From: Fibrobacteria bacterium
GTDB lineage: Bacteria > Fibrobacterota > Chitinivibrionia > Chitinivibrionales > FEN-1185
NCBI GenBank assembly: GCA_037447435.1
Contig: JBBIGR010000018.1
Span: 1 to 64,000 of the forward strand
Direction of reading: 5' to 3'
Length of the DNA stretch: 64,000 nucleotides
Numbering within the stretch: the first letter of the stretch is position 1; the number at the start of each line of letters is the position of its first letter. Below, piece after piece: positions 29,232 to 39,465 of this stretch. A program made the translations under genes and the position numbers. The notes under the pieces were generated by a model. The model was not told the origin of the DNA. It saw nothing but the letters and a program-made list of their open reading frames with translations, and ran no database searches.

Positions 29232-29684
29232 ATGGAAGTGGTATTAAAGAAAGATCATGAAAAGTTGGGAAAGGCCATGGAAGTCGTCACGGTGAAAGAC
29301 GGCTACGCACGGAATTTCCTCATTCCCCAGGGAATCGCCGTCATAGCGACCGAGGGAAATAAAAAGGCCGTTGCGGAATCGCGGAAGCTTTCCGACAAAC
29401 GAGAAGAGAAAAAACTCAAGCAGGCAAGGGTGCAGGCAAAGCAAATCGAAAAAGTGCCTTGCACCATTAAAGTTAAAGTGGGCGAAGAAGACAAACTTTT
29501 CGGTTCGGTCACCACGCAGGAAATCGCGGACTTCTTGACTAAAGAAGGCTTTGCGGTTGAAAAGCGCGACATCGAACTTGAAGAGCCCATCAAACAGCTT
29601 GGGGTATACACCGTTTCGGTAAAGCTTTACAAAGATGAATACGCGAAATTAAAAGTTTGGGTCGTTAAAGACGAGGCCGCATAA
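29232..29684 (+). CDS. rplI: 50S ribosomal protein L9
   Basis: VKDGYARNFLIP.G, KLFGSVT, PIK.LG. Confidence 0.96.
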   Translation: MEVVLKKDHEKLGKAMEVVTVKDGYARNFLIPQGIAVIATEGNKKAVAESRKLSDKREEKKLKQARVQAKQIEKVPCTIKVKVGEEDKLFGSVTTQEIADFLTKEGFAVEKRDIELEEPIKQLGVYTVSVKLYKDEYAKLKVWVVKDEAA

Positions 29685-29723
29685 GCGGCTTTGGCTTCTG
29701 TAATCTCTACAGAGAGGTTTTGA

Positions 29724-30611
29724 ATGAAATTGCAAGGATGTTACGTTGCGATAGTGACGCCGTTTACAGCGGACGGGCAAATCGACGAAACCGGCTTGCG
29801 GTCGAATATCGAATTCCTGATAGAGCGGGGAATCGCAGGGGTTGTTCCTTGTGGGACAACCGGCGAATCGGCCACGCTTTCCTGGGACGAACATAACCGC
29901 GTTGTCGATATCGCACTCGATCAGGTAAAAGGCCGGATACAGGTTATTGCCGGCGCGGGTTCCAATAATACTCGTGAGTCAATTGAAGCGGCAAAGCACG
30001 CTAAAAAAGTGGGTGCGCAGGCCATTCTTTGCATTACGCCGTATTATAACAAGCCGACACAGGAAGGTTTGTATCAACATTATAAGCTTATTGCAACAAC
30101 GGTCGATATTCCTATTGTGCTTTACAATGTTCCCGGCCGTACCGGCGTCAATATGCTCCCGCAAACCATAGAACGGCTTTGCGAATTTAAATCGATCGTC
30201 GCTGTCAAGGAAGCAAGCGGCAATGTGTTGCAAATATCGGAAATCCACAAGCGATGCGGCGATCGTCTCACCGTATTGTCGGGCGACGATGCATTGACAT
30301 TGCCGATTCTTTGTTGCGGCGGCAAAGGCGTTATTTCCGTTGTCGGCAATATTTGGCCGGAGAAAATGGTTGCGCTTATCAATGCATTCGAACAGGGTGA
30401 TTTGAAAACGGCTTTGGAGCATCACGAAGCGCTGATGCCTGTTTCAAATGCGATGTTCATCGAGACAAATCCCGGCCCGGTTAAAGCGGCGATGAATCAT
30501 ATGGGTTTGGCTGCGGGCTCATTACGGTTGCCGTTGTGGGCTATGGAAAGCGGCAATCGGACGAAATTGCTTGCAGTACTTGCGGAAAGCGGAATAAACA
30601 AACTCTCATAA
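29724..30611 (+). CDS. dapA: 4-hydroxy-tetrahydrodipicolinate synthase
   Basis: GTTGES, PYYNKP, YNVPGRT, Schiff-base Lys in VKEASG, ETNP.PVK. Confidence 0.96.
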   Translation: MKLQGCYVAIVTPFTADGQIDETGLRSNIEFLIERGIAGVVPCGTTGESATLSWDEHNRVVDIALDQVKGRIQVIAGAGSNNTRESIEAAKHAKKVGAQAILCITPYYNKPTQEGLYQHYKLIATTVDIPIVLYNVPGRTGVNMLPQTIERLCEFKSIVAVKEASGNVLQISEIHKRCGDRLTVLSGDDALTLPILCCGGKGVISVVGNIWPEKMVALINAFEQGDLKTALEHHEALMPVSNAMFIETNPGPVKAAMNHMGLAAGSLRLPLWAMESGNRTKLLAVLAESGINKLS

Positions 30612-30615
30612 AATG

Positions 30616-30645
30616 GGCATACTGCCGTTCAACCGGCAGTATGCC
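30616..30645. other. Perfect 12-bp stem-loop between dapA and dapB (no U-tract)
   Basis: GGCATACTGCCG-TTCAAC-CGGCAGTATGCC. Confidence 0.6.
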
Positions 30646-30708
30646 TTCCAATCCTTTGGAAGACGGGCCAATGGTTGGAATTTTGGAATGCCGTAATGGA
30701 AAACCGCT

Positions 30709-31512
30709 ATGACTACAGATATTATTATTACCGGCAGTTGCGGTAAAATGGGAAAAGAAATCGCCGCTTGCGTTTTATCTGATGCGCAATGCCGTCTCGT
30801 CGGGTGTATCGAATATAAAGGTCATCCCTCAATCGGAAAAGATTACGGTGAAATTATTGGCCAGGGCGCTTTGGGTGTTTTGGTTACGGATTCGCTTACC
30901 GCCGCTGCGGTTGATTCGAGCGTAATAATTGATTTTACCGCTCCGTCGGCAACAATGTCGTTTCTCGACGCGATTGATAAAAAGAAAGCTCGCATTGTCG
31001 TGGGCACCACCGGAATCGATGCGACCGGCGTTGATAGAATAAAAAAATCGTCACAGGGAATGCCGATCGTATACAGCCCGAACATGAGTCTCGGCGTTAA
31101 TTTACTTTTCATTCTTACCGAGCTTGTTTCGAAACGGCTCGGCGAAACATTCGACATAGAAATTGTCGAAGCGCATCATCGCTTGAAAAAAGACGCGCCA
31201 AGCGGCACTGCGGTGAAACTCGGTGAAATTGCCGCTTCTGCCATAAACATGTCCTATGACGAGGCGATTAAAAACGGCAGACAAGGTATGGTCGGCGCAC
31301 GCACCAATAAAGAAATCGGAATGCATGCGGTGCGCGGTGGCGATATTGTCGGCGACCACACCGTTTTGTTTGCAGGTTTGGGCGAACGATTGGAGCTACG
31401 TCATATGGCTCATAGTAGAAGCACGTTTGCGCGCGGAGCAGTCACTGCGGCAAAATGGCTTTCATCGCAAAAGTCGGGTCTCTATTCCATGCGGGATGTT
31501 TTAGGCTTGTAA
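30709..31512 (+). CDS. dapB: 4-hydroxy-tetrahydrodipicolinate reductase
   Basis: G..GKMG, IDFT, VGTTG, EAHHRLKKDAPSGTA, RGGDIVGDH. Confidence 0.96.
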   Translation: MTTDIIITGSCGKMGKEIAACVLSDAQCRLVGCIEYKGHPSIGKDYGEIIGQGALGVLVTDSLTAAAVDSSVIIDFTAPSATMSFLDAIDKKKARIVVGTTGIDATGVDRIKKSSQGMPIVYSPNMSLGVNLLFILTELVSKRLGETFDIEIVEAHHRLKKDAPSGTAVKLGEIAASAINMSYDEAIKNGRQGMVGARTNKEIGMHAVRGGDIVGDHTVLFAGLGERLELRHMAHSRSTFARGAVTAAKWLSSQKSGLYSMRDVLGL

Positions 31513-31612
31513 AAACCATTATATCAAATATTATAGCTATTTAAAAAGTGTGGTGTTTTAAAGATAAAATAAAAGCCCATCCAGTCCGAAATCGTACTAT
31601 GAGGAGCTTTTC

Positions 31613-32965
31613 ATGATCAAACGCATAACCGACTGGAAATATTTGCTTGGTATTGCATTTTTTGCATTTGGTATTTCTTATGCAAGCCAGGATTCCACAA
31701 AGATTTCGACCACAACAACCAAATCCGTAAATTCTCCCGCACCTGAAAAAAATGACAAACCTATCGCAAAACCGGCAGTAAACGCTAAGAAAAGCAATTC
31801 CAAAGAAGAAATTATCGATGAAGAAGATTTTCTGTTACCGGAAAAAGGTGAATCCGCACCTCAAAAAACTCCCGCAACAGCAACTCCGGCTCCTTTAAAA
31901 AAAGACACTTCGGCAACCAACGCTGCTGCACCTCTCGATACTAACAAACAAAAATCCGATTCTGCCGGCGTAGCGGCGCAACAAAAAGCTACGGAAACTC
32001 CGGCCGCATCGACGGTAAAAACAGAAACAGCACCTGTTGTTAAGCAAGCGGTCCCGATCAAAATTGAAGATGTCCGACCAATAAATTTTGCGAGAAACCT
32101 CAAGGATTACAAGTCTCCCAAACTTGCCATGATATTGTCTCTCTGTATTCCCGGATTGGGACAGGTTTACATAGGTAAAACCTCGAATTATGTAAAAGCC
32201 GGGCTTTATGTGCTTGCCGAAGGTGCAATCATCGGGCTCAGTGCCTATTATAACCATAGAGGCGATACCAAAATCGCCCAGGCAAAAGCGATTGCAAATG
32301 GGAATTATGACCCGAAGCTAATGCAACAATACTATGATGATTTAAAGGCCTTTTTTGCAAGCCCCGATCATGGGAATATGACGGATTCGGCTGCTAAAGA
32401 CAAAATGAATGAGATTTACTTTGATTCGGCATTGATAAACTTTCAAAATGCCTATAAAAGCGGTCCGTCTCAGGATTATTACAATACCATTGGTACAAAA
32501 GCTTTTGTTCAGGGATGGAAAGATTGCGAGCCAACGCTCTATGCAATTGAGAATGCTGGCTCCGGCGGTCAAATTACTGGTTCCGGTCAATATAATTATC
32601 AGGTAGCAACTAGCGACACAACCACTATGGGTGGATCCGGATCGTATCTTATCAATTTAGTAGATAAAACTACCAATCAGCCAATTTCCGATGAAACCTT
32701 TTACGGTCATTCGGCAAAAGCCGATCAGTACAATTCTATAATCAGCGACGCTAATAATCACGATTATAAATATGCGACCAATATATTGTTCGTCATTTTG
32801 ATCAACCATATCGTTTCCTCGATCGATGCCTTGATAAGTGCAAAAGTTTATAACGACGAATTGTTGGGCAAACAATCGTTTCTTGAAAAAATCAGCATAG
32901 AACCTGCCTCAACGCTGAGTTTTTCCACCGTGACCCCGGGTATCGCATTAAAGGTAAGGTTTTAA
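31613..32965 (+). CDS. Secreted/membrane protein of unknown function (PGLGQ motif, DUF5683-like)
   Basis: Signal peptide, Ala/Pro/Thr linker, SPKLAMILSLCIPGLGQVY, NHIVSSIDA, C-terminal Phe. Confidence 0.6.
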   Translation: MIKRITDWKYLLGIAFFAFGISYASQDSTKISTTTTKSVNSPAPEKNDKPIAKPAVNAKKSNSKEEIIDEEDFLLPEKGESAPQKTPATATPAPLKKDTSATNAAAPLDTNKQKSDSAGVAAQQKATETPAASTVKTETAPVVKQAVPIKIEDVRPINFARNLKDYKSPKLAMILSLCIPGLGQVYIGKTSNYVKAGLYVLAEGAIIGLSAYYNHRGDTKIAQAKAIANGNYDPKLMQQYYDDLKAFFASPDHGNMTDSAAKDKMNEIYFDSALINFQNAYKSGPSQDYYNTIGTKAFVQGWKDCEPTLYAIENAGSGGQITGSGQYNYQVATSDTTTMGGSGSYLINLVDKTTNQPISDETFYGHSAKADQYNSIISDANNHDYKYATNILFVILINHIVSSIDALISAKVYNDELLGKQSFLEKISIEPASTLSFSTVTPGIALKVRF

Positions 32966-33690
32966 TGCTTCGCAACCTTCTTTTTGCGACCGTGTTGTCT
33001 GTTGCGGCTTTTTCCGCACATTCACAGGTCGTTGTTCAGGAATTGGGTGTCTCGACCGATACGATAAATGTATTTAAAAAAAGTTCCGAGCCCGAGAAAT
33101 CCGGGCTTTTAGCCATGGTCGGCTCTATAGTACTTCCCGGTCTTGGTCAGCAATATCTCGAACAAAACAATAGAGCTTTAGCCTATTACTCGGTGGAAGC
33201 TCTTTTTATTTTCGGTGCTTTTTTCTGCAATCATTATTCAAATCAAATTTTGAATGATGCAAAAGTTTTTGCATGGGACCATGCAAACGTTATTGGGGGA
33301 GCAGGCGCTAACAATCAGTTTTGGGCCGATGTCGGTATTTACGACGAATCGGATGGTCTTAATCAATCGATTTCGCGGGGGCACAATAAATACATGGAAT
33401 TGGCCTATCGCAATCAGGACAAGGATTATTTGACGGAAAATCTTCAATGGCGATGGGACGACACGGAGAACCGGAAAAAATACAGCGCGTTACTTGATAA
33501 ATCGAAAGCCTATAATGTTGCTTCCTCCTTTTTTCTGGGCGCAATGGTTTTAGACCGTTTGGTTTCATTCATCGATGCGCGTGTGTCGGCCCAGAAAGCG
33601 GCGACATCGGTTGTTTCCTCGGTTCATATTGTCCCGCAATATGATCCTTTTCACGGTTCTTCTGGCGCAAGTCTTCACGCAGAATTCTGA
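32965..33690 (+). CDS. Secreted/membrane protein, paralogous to upstream gene (PGLGQ motif)
   Basis: Signal peptide, SGLLAMVGSIVLPGLGQQY, DRLVSFIDA, C-terminal Phe. Confidence 0.6.
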   Translation: MLRNLLFATVLSVAAFSAHSQVVVQELGVSTDTINVFKKSSEPEKSGLLAMVGSIVLPGLGQQYLEQNNRALAYYSVEALFIFGAFFCNHYSNQILNDAKVFAWDHANVIGGAGANNQFWADVGIYDESDGLNQSISRGHNKYMELAYRNQDKDYLTENLQWRWDDTENRKKYSALLDKSKAYNVASSFFLGAMVLDRLVSFIDARVSAQKAATSVVSSVHIVPQYDPFHGSSGASLHAEF

Positions 33691-33696
33691 ACCACT

Positions 33697-34662
33697 ATGC
33701 CGCTATGCCTATCCTGTAAAAATCTGCATGTTTCGTTTTATCAGGACGAAGGCGTTGGTCGTGCGGTAAGCGGGCTTTCGTTCGATGTCATGCAAACCAA
33801 ATCACTCGGTATTGTCGGCGAGTCGGGATGCGGGAAAAGTGTGACCGCTTTATCGCTGATGCGACTGGTTCCCCAACCGCCCGGTCGCATTACGCAAGGC
33901 GAAATAGAATTCGAAGGCAAAAATATCCTTGCGCTTTCCAAAAAAGAAATGCACGCCTTGCGCGGCAATAAAATGTCGATGATTTTTCAAGACCCCATGA
34001 CGTCTCTCAACCCGGTCTACACCTGCGGGCACCAGATCGCGGAAAGCGTTTCGTTTCATCAAAACGCAACCCCAAAGCAAGCCAATGACCGGGCACTTGA
34101 AATGCTGGACAAAGTCGGCATTCCCCGGCCCGCGGATGTTGCGAAAAGTTATCCGCATCAATTGTCGGGCGGCATGCGCCAGCGTGTCATGATAGCAATG
34201 GCATTGGCATGTACGCCTGCATTGCTCATTGCCGACGAGCCCACTACGGCGCTTGACGTTACGGTTCAGGCAAAGATCCTTGATTTGCTATTGTCGTTGC
34301 AGCAGGCAATGAATATGAGCATGATCATGATTACCCATGACCTTGGTGTCGTGGCCGATATCGCCCATGATGTGCTGGTCATGTATGCGGGTGAGGCAAT
34401 GGAATATGCTTCAACGCAATCGCTTTTTTCCTCGCCTTTGCATCCGTACACCCAAGGTCTTTTAGCCACAATTCCCGATATAGACAAAAAGGAATCAAGA
34501 CTCAAAGTGATTCCGGGCGAAGTGCCTTCGCCGCTTTCGATACCGAAAGGTTGCCCGTTTCATCCCCGTTGCGACAGAAAAATGCCTCGATGCGAGATTG
34601 AACATCCCGGATACTATGAGGTGCAACATTCTCATTTCGTACGGTGTTTTTTATATGCCTAA
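33697..34662 (+). CDS. oppD: Oligopeptide/dipeptide ABC transporter ATP-binding protein (OppD/DppD)
   Basis: [28 protein letters not shown], Cys-rich C-terminal GCPFHPRC. Confidence 0.88.
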   Translation: MPLCLSCKNLHVSFYQDEGVGRAVSGLSFDVMQTKSLGIVGESGCGKSVTALSLMRLVPQPPGRITQGEIEFEGKNILALSKKEMHALRGNKMSMIFQDPMTSLNPVYTCGHQIAESVSFHQNATPKQANDRALEMLDKVGIPRPADVAKSYPHQLSGGMRQRVMIAMALACTPALLIADEPTTALDVTVQAKILDLLLSLQQAMNMSMIMITHDLGVVADIAHDVLVMYAGEAMEYASTQSLFSSPLHPYTQGLLATIPDIDKKESRLKVIPGEVPSPLSIPKGCPFHPRCDRKMPRCEIEHPGYYEVQHSHFVRCFLYA

Positions 34663-35662
34663 TAACCAAATGCCGCATAACGATCATAGTATCGAAATCG
34701 ATAACCTCAGGGTCCATTTTCCGATTCTTAAGGGAATTTTCGGAACAATCGTCGGGCATGTTAAGGCTGTCGACGGGGTATCGTTTTGCGTGCGACGCGG
34801 CGAGGTTTTTGCAATTGTCGGTGAATCGGGATGCGGTAAAACTACCATTGCCCATGCTCTTATGGGGTTGGTCAAAAAAACAGATGGGTTCATAAAACTG
34901 GCGATCGGGCCATTTAAAGAAAAAGGCATTGATTGGGATTCGTCGAGTAAAAAAGATTGCGCACTTATGCGGCGAAGCATTCAAATGATTTTTCAAGATC
35001 CTTTTTCGTCGTTAAACCCCCGAATGACCGTTCGCACCCTTATTGAGGAACCTTTGATTATTCACGGGCTCGGCAATGCAAAAAAACGGCACGAGCGAGT
35101 TTTAGACTTGCTTGACAATGTAGGGCTTTCGAAGGATTTCATCAATAGATATCCGCATGAATTTTCCGGGGGCCAACGTCAGAGAATCGGTATCGCACGC
35201 GCACTTGCAGTATCACCGGAAATCGTTATTGCCGATGAACCGGTTAGCGCTTTGGACGTTTCGATTCGAGCACAAATCATTAATTTATTACAAGAGCTGC
35301 GGGAACGTTTTAATCAAACGCTTGTTATTATTTCCCATGATTTGGCTGTTGTGCGGCATATGGCTAACCGCATCGCAGTCATGTATCAGGGCCGCATAAT
35401 GGAAATGGGTACCGAAGCGCAGATTTTTACCAACCCGACGCATCCGTATACGAAGGCGCTATTGTCAAGTATTCCCATCGTTGGTAAAGGCAGAAAACGG
35501 AAACTCGCTCCACTTGCCGACGAGAGACCCGTGATGGAATCAATAACGGGTTGCCCATTTTATCCCCGATGCGGTTCGGGTACCGGCGATTGCCTCAGCA
35601 ATGATATTGTACTCACCGATATCGGCGATAACCACTTGGTTGCCTGCATTCATAATTCATGA
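34655..35662 (+). CDS. oppF: Oligopeptide/dipeptide ABC transporter ATP-binding protein (OppF/DppF)
   Basis: KAVDGVSF, GESGCGKT, YPHEFSGGQRQR, DEPVSALD, GCPFYPRC. Confidence 0.88.
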   Translation: MPNNQMPHNDHSIEIDNLRVHFPILKGIFGTIVGHVKAVDGVSFCVRRGEVFAIVGESGCGKTTIAHALMGLVKKTDGFIKLAIGPFKEKGIDWDSSSKKDCALMRRSIQMIFQDPFSSLNPRMTVRTLIEEPLIIHGLGNAKKRHERVLDLLDNVGLSKDFINRYPHEFSGGQRQRIGIARALAVSPEIVIADEPVSALDVSIRAQIINLLQELRERFNQTLVIISHDLAVVRHMANRIAVMYQGRIMEMGTEAQIFTNPTHPYTKALLSSIPIVGKGRKRKLAPLADERPVMESITGCPFYPRCGSGTGDCLSNDIVLTDIGDNHLVACIHNS

Positions 35663-36366
35663 ACTGCATACTTCTTTTCTCAACCGATTTTATCGGAGAA
35701 AAAAGCGTCGCAATTACGGATAAAAGATTAGATCATATCAGGCAAGTTCATAAAGCATCGAGCGGAGATTCCTTGCGAGTTGGAATCCTGAATGGAAAGC
35801 TCGGAATCGGGATAATCCGTTCTCTGGATGGAACTTCCTGCGTCATGGATGTTGATTTGATGGAAAAACCGCCCGTTGCGATGCCGCTGACGTTGGTTTT
35901 GGCCTTACCCAGACCCAAAGTTTTCCGGAGAGTATTGGAATGCATCACTGCAATGGGGGTCAAAAAGATTTATGTCATAGAAACCTGGCGCGTGGAAAAA
36001 GGATATTGGGACAGTCCTTTTTTAAAAGATGAAGAAATTCGATCTCATTGCATCGCCGGATTGGAACAGGCACGCGATACAGTCATGCCAAGCATAGAAT
36101 TTAAAAAAAAATTTAAGCCTTTTGCCGAAGACGATATTCCCGAAATAATTAAAAATACGCAAGCGCTTGTCGCGCATCCAGGCTCGCAGTCCCCATGCCC
36201 GTCTGGGATTTTAGGCCCGATAACCCTTGCTATCGGACCGGAAGGCGGATTTATCCCTTTTGAAGTTGAATTATTAAAAAAGCAAGGATTCAAAGCAGTC
36301 AACTTCGGAAGCCGCATATTGCGTGTGGAGCATGTTATACCCGCAATTTTAGGCAAATTGTTTTAG
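35659..36366 (+). CDS. rsmE: 16S rRNA (uracil(1498)-N3)-methyltransferase
   Basis: SPOUT motifs LEQA, IGPEGGF, GSRILRVE. Confidence 0.88.
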   Translation: MNCILLFSTDFIGEKSVAITDKRLDHIRQVHKASSGDSLRVGILNGKLGIGIIRSLDGTSCVMDVDLMEKPPVAMPLTLVLALPRPKVFRRVLECITAMGVKKIYVIETWRVEKGYWDSPFLKDEEIRSHCIAGLEQARDTVMPSIEFKKKFKPFAEDDIPEIIKNTQALVAHPGSQSPCPSGILGPITLAIGPEGGFIPFEVELLKKQGFKAVNFGSRILRVEHVIPAILGKLF

Positions 36367-36400
36367 ATCGGAGCGCCTGGTACCAACTATTTTTTATAGC

Positions 36401-37324
36401 ATGAATACACTACCAAACCGAAACGATCCGTGCTATTGCGGCAGCGGGAAAAAATATAAGAAATGTCACATGCTTTCCGATGCGGTCGCGCCAGCGCAAC
36501 CATCACCTGGCCGGCCCCATTATATCAAAACTGCCCGTGAAATAGAGGGTATGCGTAAAGCAGGTGCATTCAACGGCGAACTGATGGATTATATGCGCCA
36601 ATTTGTCAAGGAAGGCGTTTCGACCGGCGAATTGGACCGTATTGCACACGACTATACTATTAAGAACAAGGCAATACCAGCCTGCCTCAATTACAAAGGC
36701 TATCCTAAGTCCATTTGCACCTCCATAAACAATGTCGTTTGCCATGGCATTCCCAGCGACACGGAAGTCCTTAAAAACGGGGATATAGTCAATGTTGATT
36801 TAACGTCGATTGTCGACGGCTTTTTCGGCGATTCGTCGGAGACTTTTATAATAGGAACTGGTTCGCCAGAGGCTATACATCTTGTAACCGTTACCGCCCG
36901 TGCTCTGCAACTCGGAATCGAAGCCTGCTTAGCGGGAAATCATTTACGCGCCATTGCCCAGGCCATTGAGCCGTTCGTCACTTCGAAAGGGTGTTCGGTT
37001 GTTCATCAGTACACCGGCCATGGGATCGGTACGAATTTTCATGAGTTTTTCAGCGTTTATCACCATATCGCAAGAGACTGCGACGACGTTATTTTGCAAC
37101 CCGGAATGACCCTGACCGTTGAGCCGATGATAAATCTGGGCCATTGGGATGTGATTACCGATAAAAAGGATAAATGGACCGTTCGCACGAAAGACGGTTC
37201 TCTTTCCGCTCAATTCGAACACACGATACTAATCACGGAAAACGAACCGCAAATTCTTACGCTGACCCCTTCTGAAAAAGCGACTCGTGCCGTTTTGCCC
37301 GGACTAGCCAAGGGCAATATATGA
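36401..37324 (+). CDS. map: Type I methionine aminopeptidase with N-terminal SEC-C motif
   Basis: RNDPCYCGSGKKYKKCH; CTS.N.VVCHGIP, NVD, GDSS, GHGIG, TVEPM, QFEHT. Confidence 0.94.
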   Translation: MNTLPNRNDPCYCGSGKKYKKCHMLSDAVAPAQPSPGRPHYIKTAREIEGMRKAGAFNGELMDYMRQFVKEGVSTGELDRIAHDYTIKNKAIPACLNYKGYPKSICTSINNVVCHGIPSDTEVLKNGDIVNVDLTSIVDGFFGDSSETFIIGTGSPEAIHLVTVTARALQLGIEACLAGNHLRAIAQAIEPFVTSKGCSVVHQYTGHGIGTNFHEFFSVYHHIARDCDDVILQPGMTLTVEPMINLGHWDVITDKKDKWTVRTKDGSLSAQFEHTILITENEPQILTLTPSEKATRAVLPGLAKGNI

Positions 37325-38532
37325 AAAATCAACGGCTGTACGACACCGATGTGCCTCCTCCGAGCGAACGGGTCGTCTTGGCTGGTATTCGTCTTGGGAA
37401 CCAGGATGAAGCCTTGTTCGAAATCGATATGAAAGAAATGGAAATGCTATGTGCAACCGCCGGGGCCACCATTATCGAAACCGTAGTTCAGAATAGGCCG
37501 TCTCCGGTATCATCGACCTACATCGGCAGCGGAAAACTGGCCGAAATCAGCGGGATTATGCGGGAAAAACAGTGCAAAACAGTCATCATCGATGCCCAAC
37601 TTTCGGCGGCTCAGGTACGGAACATTGAAAAAGTAATCGAAGGCAAGGTTATAGACCGCAGCCAATTGATTCTTGATATTTTTGCGAAGCATGCCCGAAC
37701 CAATGAGGCAAAAATTCAAGTCGAGCTTGCACAGATGAAAGCATTGTACCCCAGGTTGACGCATGCTTGGACGCATTTTTCGCAACAGGTCGGCGGCATA
37801 GGCACCAAAGGTCCGGGCGAAAAACAGCTTGAGGTTGACAGAAGGATAATACAGAAAAAGATAAGCGACTTGAAAGACAAACTGAAAAAGGTTGAAAAAG
37901 CGCGCGAAACTCAAAGAAAATCGCGGGATGGTGCCTTTAAAGTAACCCTTGTCGGATATACCAATGTCGGAAAGTCGTCGCTGCTTAACAAATTGTCAAA
38001 CGCTGACGTGCTCGTGGAAAACAAGCTTTTTGCAACCCTTGATACTGCCACGCGCAGGACCTTTATTCAGGGTATCGGCGAAATTGTTATATCCGATACC
38101 GTGGGATTTTTGCGAAAACTGCCGCATGATTTGGTCGCTTCTTTCAAGGGAACCTTGGAGGTCGTATCGCAGGCGGATCTGCTGATTATTGTCATGGACG
38201 CATCGTGCACATGGTCAAAGCATCAATTGCAAACGGTAAAAGAAGTACTGACCGATCTTAAGGCGGATACAATTCCCCACATCATGGTTTTCAACAAAAT
38301 CGACCGGGTTCCGAATCCTGTCGAGCGTAAACGACTGAGCGTTCAATTTCCGGATGCCTTGTTTGTCTCCGCTTTTTCCGATTCGGACATGCGCACGGTT
38401 AAAGAACGTATTGCCGAAATTGTGAAAAATTACAAAAACGAGGCAGCCATGTCGGCAATAATCGCGAAAAAGACAAAGGAACTTTCGGCAGGTCCGGACG
38501 ATTCCCAAGGATTGCCTTGGGAGAATGAGTAG
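37321..38532 (+). CDS. hflX: GTPase HflX
   Basis: LILDIFA..ART.EAK.QVELAQ, GPGEKQLE.DRR, GYTNVGKS, LFATLD, DTVGF, NKID. Confidence 0.96.
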   Translation: MKNQRLYDTDVPPPSERVVLAGIRLGNQDEALFEIDMKEMEMLCATAGATIIETVVQNRPSPVSSTYIGSGKLAEISGIMREKQCKTVIIDAQLSAAQVRNIEKVIEGKVIDRSQLILDIFAKHARTNEAKIQVELAQMKALYPRLTHAWTHFSQQVGGIGTKGPGEKQLEVDRRIIQKKISDLKDKLKKVEKARETQRKSRDGAFKVTLVGYTNVGKSSLLNKLSNADVLVENKLFATLDTATRRTFIQGIGEIVISDTVGFLRKLPHDLVASFKGTLEVVSQADLLIIVMDASCTWSKHQLQTVKEVLTDLKADTIPHIMVFNKIDRVPNPVERKRLSVQFPDALFVSAFSDSDMRTVKERIAEIVKNYKNEAAMSAIIAKKTKELSAGPDDSQGLPWENE

Positions 38533-38568
38533 GCTTCGCATAATCCTTTCCTATCACGGAAAGCTCCT

Positions 38569-39465
38569 ATGAAAAAAGCGGTTTCCTTTCTTAAACCCGA
38601 ACATCTTGCGCCGATAAGAAGCCTTTCTTTACGCGCAAAAAGCATTGTCGAAGGTACTATCGCGGGCTTGCATAAAAGCCCCTATCACGGTTTCTCGGCC
38701 GAATTCCTCGAATACCGTTCGTATCAAAGCGGAGAAGACTCCAGAAAAATAGATTGGCGGAAGTTTGCCAAAACGGGCAAATCGGTTGTCAGGCTCTTTG
38801 AAGACGAAACAAATTTATTTGCCACGGTATTAATTGACAAAAGCGGGTCAATGGGATTTTCGCAAGGCTCGGAAATGAGTAAATTCGAATATGCGAGGAC
38901 GTTGGCAGCATCGCTGTGCTGGATACTTATTCGACAGCGCGACGCAGTAGGACTCTGCGCCTTTGACAGCGATCAATCGTTATATTTGCCTCCAAAATCC
39001 ACCAATGCGCAATTGAATGCCATTTTAACGAGTCTCAATGCCATGGAAAGCGGTAAAGAAACCAGGTGCGGTACTTGTTTGGAACGTATGGCAAGGGGTA
39101 TGTCTCGAAGAGGAATGTGCATCGTCATATCAGATTTTTTCGATGATCCTAAGGAAATAATCCGTGGTTTGCGGCATCTGCGTTTTAAGAAACAGGACGT
39201 TTTAGCAGTATGGCTTTTGGACCCTGCAGAGGCGGTCTTTGCCCCAGGGGAATCCTGTGAAATGATAGATATGGAAACGGAAACGATCGTTAAGCTTGAC
39301 AAAAGAACGGCTCAAGAATATTTTGCGGTTTCCATGGCCTCCCATCGGAAGGCTATAGAAACCGCATGCACCGATTTGCATATTTCCATGGAAACCATTG
39401 TGACCGATGAACCGTTTGCAAAAGCGTTGATACGTATTCTGCAAAAACGAAAGCGATTGCTTTGA
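38569..39465 (+). CDS. DUF58 (vWA-like) protein
   Basis: G.HKSP..G.S.EF..YR.Y..GED...IDW, D.SGSM, ISDF. Confidence 0.88.
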   Translation: MKKAVSFLKPEHLAPIRSLSLRAKSIVEGTIAGLHKSPYHGFSAEFLEYRSYQSGEDSRKIDWRKFAKTGKSVVRLFEDETNLFATVLIDKSGSMGFSQGSEMSKFEYARTLAASLCWILIRQRDAVGLCAFDSDQSLYLPPKSTNAQLNAILTSLNAMESGKETRCGTCLERMARGMSRRGMCIVISDFFDDPKEIIRGLRHLRFKKQDVLAVWLLDPAEAVFAPGESCEMIDMETETIVKLDKRTAQEYFAVSMASHRKAIETACTDLHISMETIVTDEPFAKALIRILQKRKRLL

